The notes beneath the pieces are model-generated. The model saw only the letters and a list, made by a program, of their open reading frames with translations, ran no database searches and was not told the DNA's origin. This document shows positions 60,669-64,000 of a stretch of DNA of 64,000 bases, piece by piece (position 1 is the stretch's first letter; every line of letters starts with the position of its first letter). A program made the position numbers and the translations under genes. The DNA comes from an uncultured Pelagibacteraceae bacterium (GTDB taxonomy: Bacteria; Pseudomonadota; Alphaproteobacteria; Pelagibacterales; Pelagibacteraceae), in the NCBI GenBank assembly GCA_902599955.1, contig CACKHK010000002.1:26595-90594 (forward strand), in the 5' to 3' direction.

Positions 60669-63041
60669 ATGTTAGCTAACTTTTATCAAAAAAATATTAT
60701 TGAAAAACCGAAGTTTGTTTTTTTAATACTCATAATAATATTAATTTCAGCATTTTACTTCTCAAAAAACTTTCGGTTGGATGCAAGCTCGGAAACCTTA
60801 TTATTAGAAAATGATCCAGATCTTAAATATTTAAATGAAATTAATAATAGATATGGTGCTAAAGAGTTTTTAGTACTCACCTATTCGCCAAAAGGTGAAA
60901 TGATTTCAGAGGAATCAATTAAAAATCTTTCTGAGCTTAAAAATGAGTTACAAAACTTAAACTGGGTATACAACGTTATTACGTTATTGGACATTCCTTT
61001 GTTAGATGTAACTGATGAAAAATTAGTTGATCGTATTCAAAATTTTAAAACGTTAAAAAGTGAGAATGTTGATAAAAAAAGAGCTTTTGATGAAATACTT
61101 AATAGTCCTGTGTTTAGAAACTTTGTTATTAGTGAAGATGCAAAAACGAGTGGAATAATTGTTTATATAAAGCCATTTACTGAGGAAAAAGAGAACAAAT
61201 CAAAGAAAGAATTAGAATTTTTAAAAGATAAAATTAAAAAAGAGAGACACCAAAATATTTTAGAAATAAGAGAAGTAATAAAAAAATACAATCAAAATAC
61301 ACAAATTTTTCTTGGCGGTATTCCTATGATCGCTGACGATATGATGACTTTTATAAAAAAAGATATTATTACTTTTGGTCTAGGCGTACTTGCTTTTATT
61401 ATTATAACTCTTTGGTATGTGTTTAGAAAATTAATATGGATAATAATACCAATCAGTAGCTGTTTCTTTTCTGTAGTCTTAATGATTGGGTTTCTTGGAT
61501 TAGTTGGGTGGAAAGTTACTGTCATTTCATCAAACTTTATTGCTTTGATGTTAATTCTAACAATGGCGATGAATATTCATATGAGCACTAGATATTTACA
61601 ATTGAGTAAGCAATTTTCAAATAAAAATAAATCTGAAATTATAATCTTAACAACAAGAAAAATGATATGGCCAATTTTTTACACTGTCATAACAACTATT
61701 TGTGCTTTTTTGTCATTAATATTTAGTGAAATAAAACCTATAATAGATTTTGGCTGGATGATGACTTTTGGGTTGATTACATCTCTATTGATCACATTTA
61801 CACTTCTTCCAACACTGCTAAGTTTCATACAAAACTCAGATTTTTCTATGACTAATGAGAAAGATTCAAAAATTACAAATTTTTTAGGCAATCTATCTCT
61901 TAATAATAAAAATTATATTTTTGGATTAACTAGTTTAATCATATTTTTAAGTATTTTTGGTATTTCTAAGTTGGAAGTAGAAAATAGTTTCATTAATTAT
62001 TTTAATAAAAAAACTGAAATATATCAGGGGATGAAGTTGATAGATGAAAAACTTGGTGGAACAACACCATTAGAAGTAATTTTAAAATTTCCAATTACAA
62101 AAGATGAGGAAAAAGATAATGAAAATGACTGGGGTGATGAAGAAGAAAATGATGATAAATATTGGTTTACAAAAGATAAAATAGATAAAATAAATAGAGT
62201 TCATAATTATCTTGATAATATTGAGGCTATCGGCAAAGTTTTATCTTTTGCTTCAATAGTCGAAGTTGCAACTAAATTAAATAATAACAAACCACTTGGA
62301 ACATTAGAAATGGGTGTTCTTTATACAAAAATTCCTGATTCAATAAAAAAAGAAATAATAGATCCATACATCTCAATTGATGCTTCTGAAGCAAGAATAA
62401 GTATGAGAATAAAAGACTCTTTAGATGGATTAAGAAGAAATGAACTTATTAGTAAAATTAATTTTGATTTAGAAAATAAATTAGGTTTTAAAAAAGATGA
62501 ATTCAAACTTGGAGGGGTGCTCATACTATTCAACAATTTACTTCAAAGTTTGTTTAAATCTCAAATATTAACTCTTGGATTTGTTATGATTGGAATTTTA
62601 ATAATGTTTTTAATTCTTTTTAGAAATATCAAAATTTCACTTATAGGTGTAGTACCGAACCTTATTGCAGCTTTTTTTATACTTGGGATAATTGGTTTAG
62701 TAGGAATACCTCTGGATATGATGACTATAACAATTGCAGCTATTACAATTGGAATAGCAGTAGATAATAGTATTCATTATATTTATAGATTTAAAGAAGA
62801 ATTGAGTTATTTAAAAGATTACAATAAAACTATCAAATATTGTCATTCAACAGTCGGTGTGGCAATACTAAATACATCTATTACTATTGTTTTTGGTTTT
62901 TCTATTCTGATTTTATCTAATTTTATCCCGACAATTTATTTTGGGATCTTTACGGGAATTGCAATGCTGTTAGCTATGGTATCCGTTTTAACTTTATTAC
63001 CATCTCTTCTTTTAGTATTTAAACCTTTTAAAATAAAATAA
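60669..63041 (+). CDS. MMPL/RND superfamily membrane protein
   Basis: Two repeats of one TM, a large loop and five TMs; GIAVDNSIH motif. Confidence 0.88.
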   Translation: MLANFYQKNIIEKPKFVFLILIIILISAFYFSKNFRLDASSETLLLENDPDLKYLNEINNRYGAKEFLVLTYSPKGEMISEESIKNLSELKNELQNLNWVYNVITLLDIPLLDVTDEKLVDRIQNFKTLKSENVDKKRAFDEILNSPVFRNFVISEDAKTSGIIVYIKPFTEEKENKSKKELEFLKDKIKKERHQNILEIREVIKKYNQNTQIFLGGIPMIADDMMTFIKKDIITFGLGVLAFIIITLWYVFRKLIWIIIPISSCFFSVVLMIGFLGLVGWKVTVISSNFIALMLILTMAMNIHMSTRYLQLSKQFSNKNKSEIIILTTRKMIWPIFYTVITTICAFLSLIFSEIKPIIDFGWMMTFGLITSLLITFTLLPTLLSFIQNSDFSMTNEKDSKITNFLGNLSLNNKNYIFGLTSLIIFLSIFGISKLEVENSFINYFNKKTEIYQGMKLIDEKLGGTTPLEVILKFPITKDEEKDNENDWGDEEENDDKYWFTKDKIDKINRVHNYLDNIEAIGKVLSFASIVEVATKLNNNKPLGTLEMGVLYTKIPDSIKKEIIDPYISIDASEARISMRIKDSLDGLRRNELISKINFDLENKLGFKKDEFKLGGVLILFNNLLQSLFKSQILTLGFVMIGILIMFLILFRNIKISLIGVVPNLIAAFFILGIIGLVGIPLDMMTITIAAITIGIAVDNSIHYIYRFKEELSYLKDYNKTIKYCHSTVGVAILNTSITIVFGFSILILSNFIPTIYFGIFTGIAMLLAMVSVLTLLPSLLLVFKPFKIK

Positions 63042-63587
63042 GTGGTTGAAATTTTTAAAAACACACTAAGTAATTTATATACATTTGATATTATCTACTT
63101 AGTTTTCACGTTACTCTCATTAATTAAATGTACAAAAAATGGTTTTGTTTTGAGTATTTTGTCAGCCTCTAAATGGCTTCTAGCTTATGTAATAACGCTT
63201 TTCTTATTTCCAAAAGCAAAACCGTATTTAAAAGATATTATTGATAGTGAATACGTTCTAGATCTAGTTGTTGGCTTAGGTTTATATGTAATAGTAATTT
63301 TCTTAATTTTATTAATAAACAAAGGAATAAATAGAGCTATCACATATTCTGTGCTAGGAAATTTAGATAGAATCTTTGGTTTCTTTTTTGGCTTTATAAG
63401 AGCTTACGTTATAATAGTGTGTATCTATACAACTATAAATATAGTCTATAATCATAATAAATGGCCAATTAACTTAAATGATGCTTTTACGTATGCATGG
63501 GTTGAAAAAGGTAGTAACTATCTTATAAAAGAATTCCCAGATAAAAAAGATTATGAGAAAACTAAGGAAAAAGTTCAAGATATATAA
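63042..63587 (+). CDS. cvpA: CvpA family protein
   Basis: GFV.S, LDRIFGFFFGFIR motifs; upstream of purF. Confidence 0.85.
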   Translation: MVEIFKNTLSNLYTFDIIYLVFTLLSLIKCTKNGFVLSILSASKWLLAYVITLFLFPKAKPYLKDIIDSEYVLDLVVGLGLYVIVIFLILLINKGINRAITYSVLGNLDRIFGFFFGFIRAYVIIVCIYTTINIVYNHNKWPINLNDAFTYAWVEKGSNYLIKEFPDKKDYEKTKEKVQDI

Positions 63588-64000
63588 TCCAAAAATTAAG
63601 GAGGAATGTGCTGTTTTTGGTATAAGTAATTCTAATGATGCCTCTACACTAACTGCTTTAGGTCTTCATGCTCTTCAACATAGAGGGCAAGAGGGTTGTG
63701 GTATTGTATCATATGATGGCCAAAAATATCATTCAGAAAAAAGATTTGGTTTGGTTGGAGACAACTTTAATGATGAAAAAGTTATAAAAAAACTTCCTGG
63801 AAAACATGCAATAGGTCATAATCGTTACTCAACAACTGGAGGAACGGCTTTAAGGAATGTTCAGCCATTTTTTGCTGATACAAACGCAGGCGGTATCGGT
63901 GTTGCACATAATGGTAATCTTACAAATGCCATAACTTTAAGAAATAAGCTAGTTCAAGATGGTGCCATTTTTTACACAACCTCTGATACTGAGACTATCG
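63553..64000 (+). CDS. purF: Amidophosphoribosyltransferase (partial, runs off the window)
   Basis: Not in the ORF track; reads MRKLRKKFKIYNPKIKEE-CAVFG...LHALQHRGQE...GHNRYST...AHNGNL. Confidence 0.95.
   Translation, partial: MRKLRKKFKIYNPKIKEECAVFGISNSNDASTLTALGLHALQHRGQEGCGIVSYDGQKYHSEKRFGLVGDNFNDEKVIKKLPGKHAIGHNRYSTTGGTALRNVQPFFADTNAGGIGVAHNGNLTNAITLRNKLVQDGAIFYTTSDTETI

Noticed and set aside
132-62536. Numerous 60-136 aa antisense or alternate-frame ORFs in the track (e.g. 3002-3280, 4222-4485, 14494-14904, 38356-38676, 53890-54198)
   Set aside because: They lie within or largely overlap confidently identified genes and show no motifs; they are shadow ORFs.

Overview
Very AT-rich, gene-dense alphaproteobacterial chromosome segment with almost no intergenic space. 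Gene content and order point to SAR11/Pelagibacterales; this is an inference, as no rRNA marker is present. Positions 1-16.9 kb are an accessory catabolic island. It has iolD, iolE, iolG, two further Gfo/Idh/MocA oxidoreductases, two 2-hydroxyacid dehydrogenases, an aldehyde dehydrogenase and an HpcH aldolase. Embedded in it is an unusual module: a bacterial homologue of the animal protein C11orf54 (DUF1907), a MarR-like regulator, PanB and PanE paralogues whose canonical active-site residues are both altered, and two tandem Fe(II)/2OG-type dioxygenases. This module is the best candidate for an undescribed pathway. The rest is core genome: glnA, an iscR-suf operon with an IscR type-1 box, anmK, tyrS, an AsmA-like protein with three internal repeats, frameshifted prfB, PBP1A, an RNase E lacking the Zn-link, thiSG, aroQ-accBC, an orphan NrdJ C-terminal domain, aspS, purMN, ndk, pepA, lptFGD-surA-pdxA-rsmA, gmk, fabD-fabG-acpP, rpsF-rpsR-rplI, dnaB, an MMPL protein, cvpA and partial purF. 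No rRNA, tRNA, CRISPR array or mobile element was seen. All calls come from motif recognition by eye; no searches were run.
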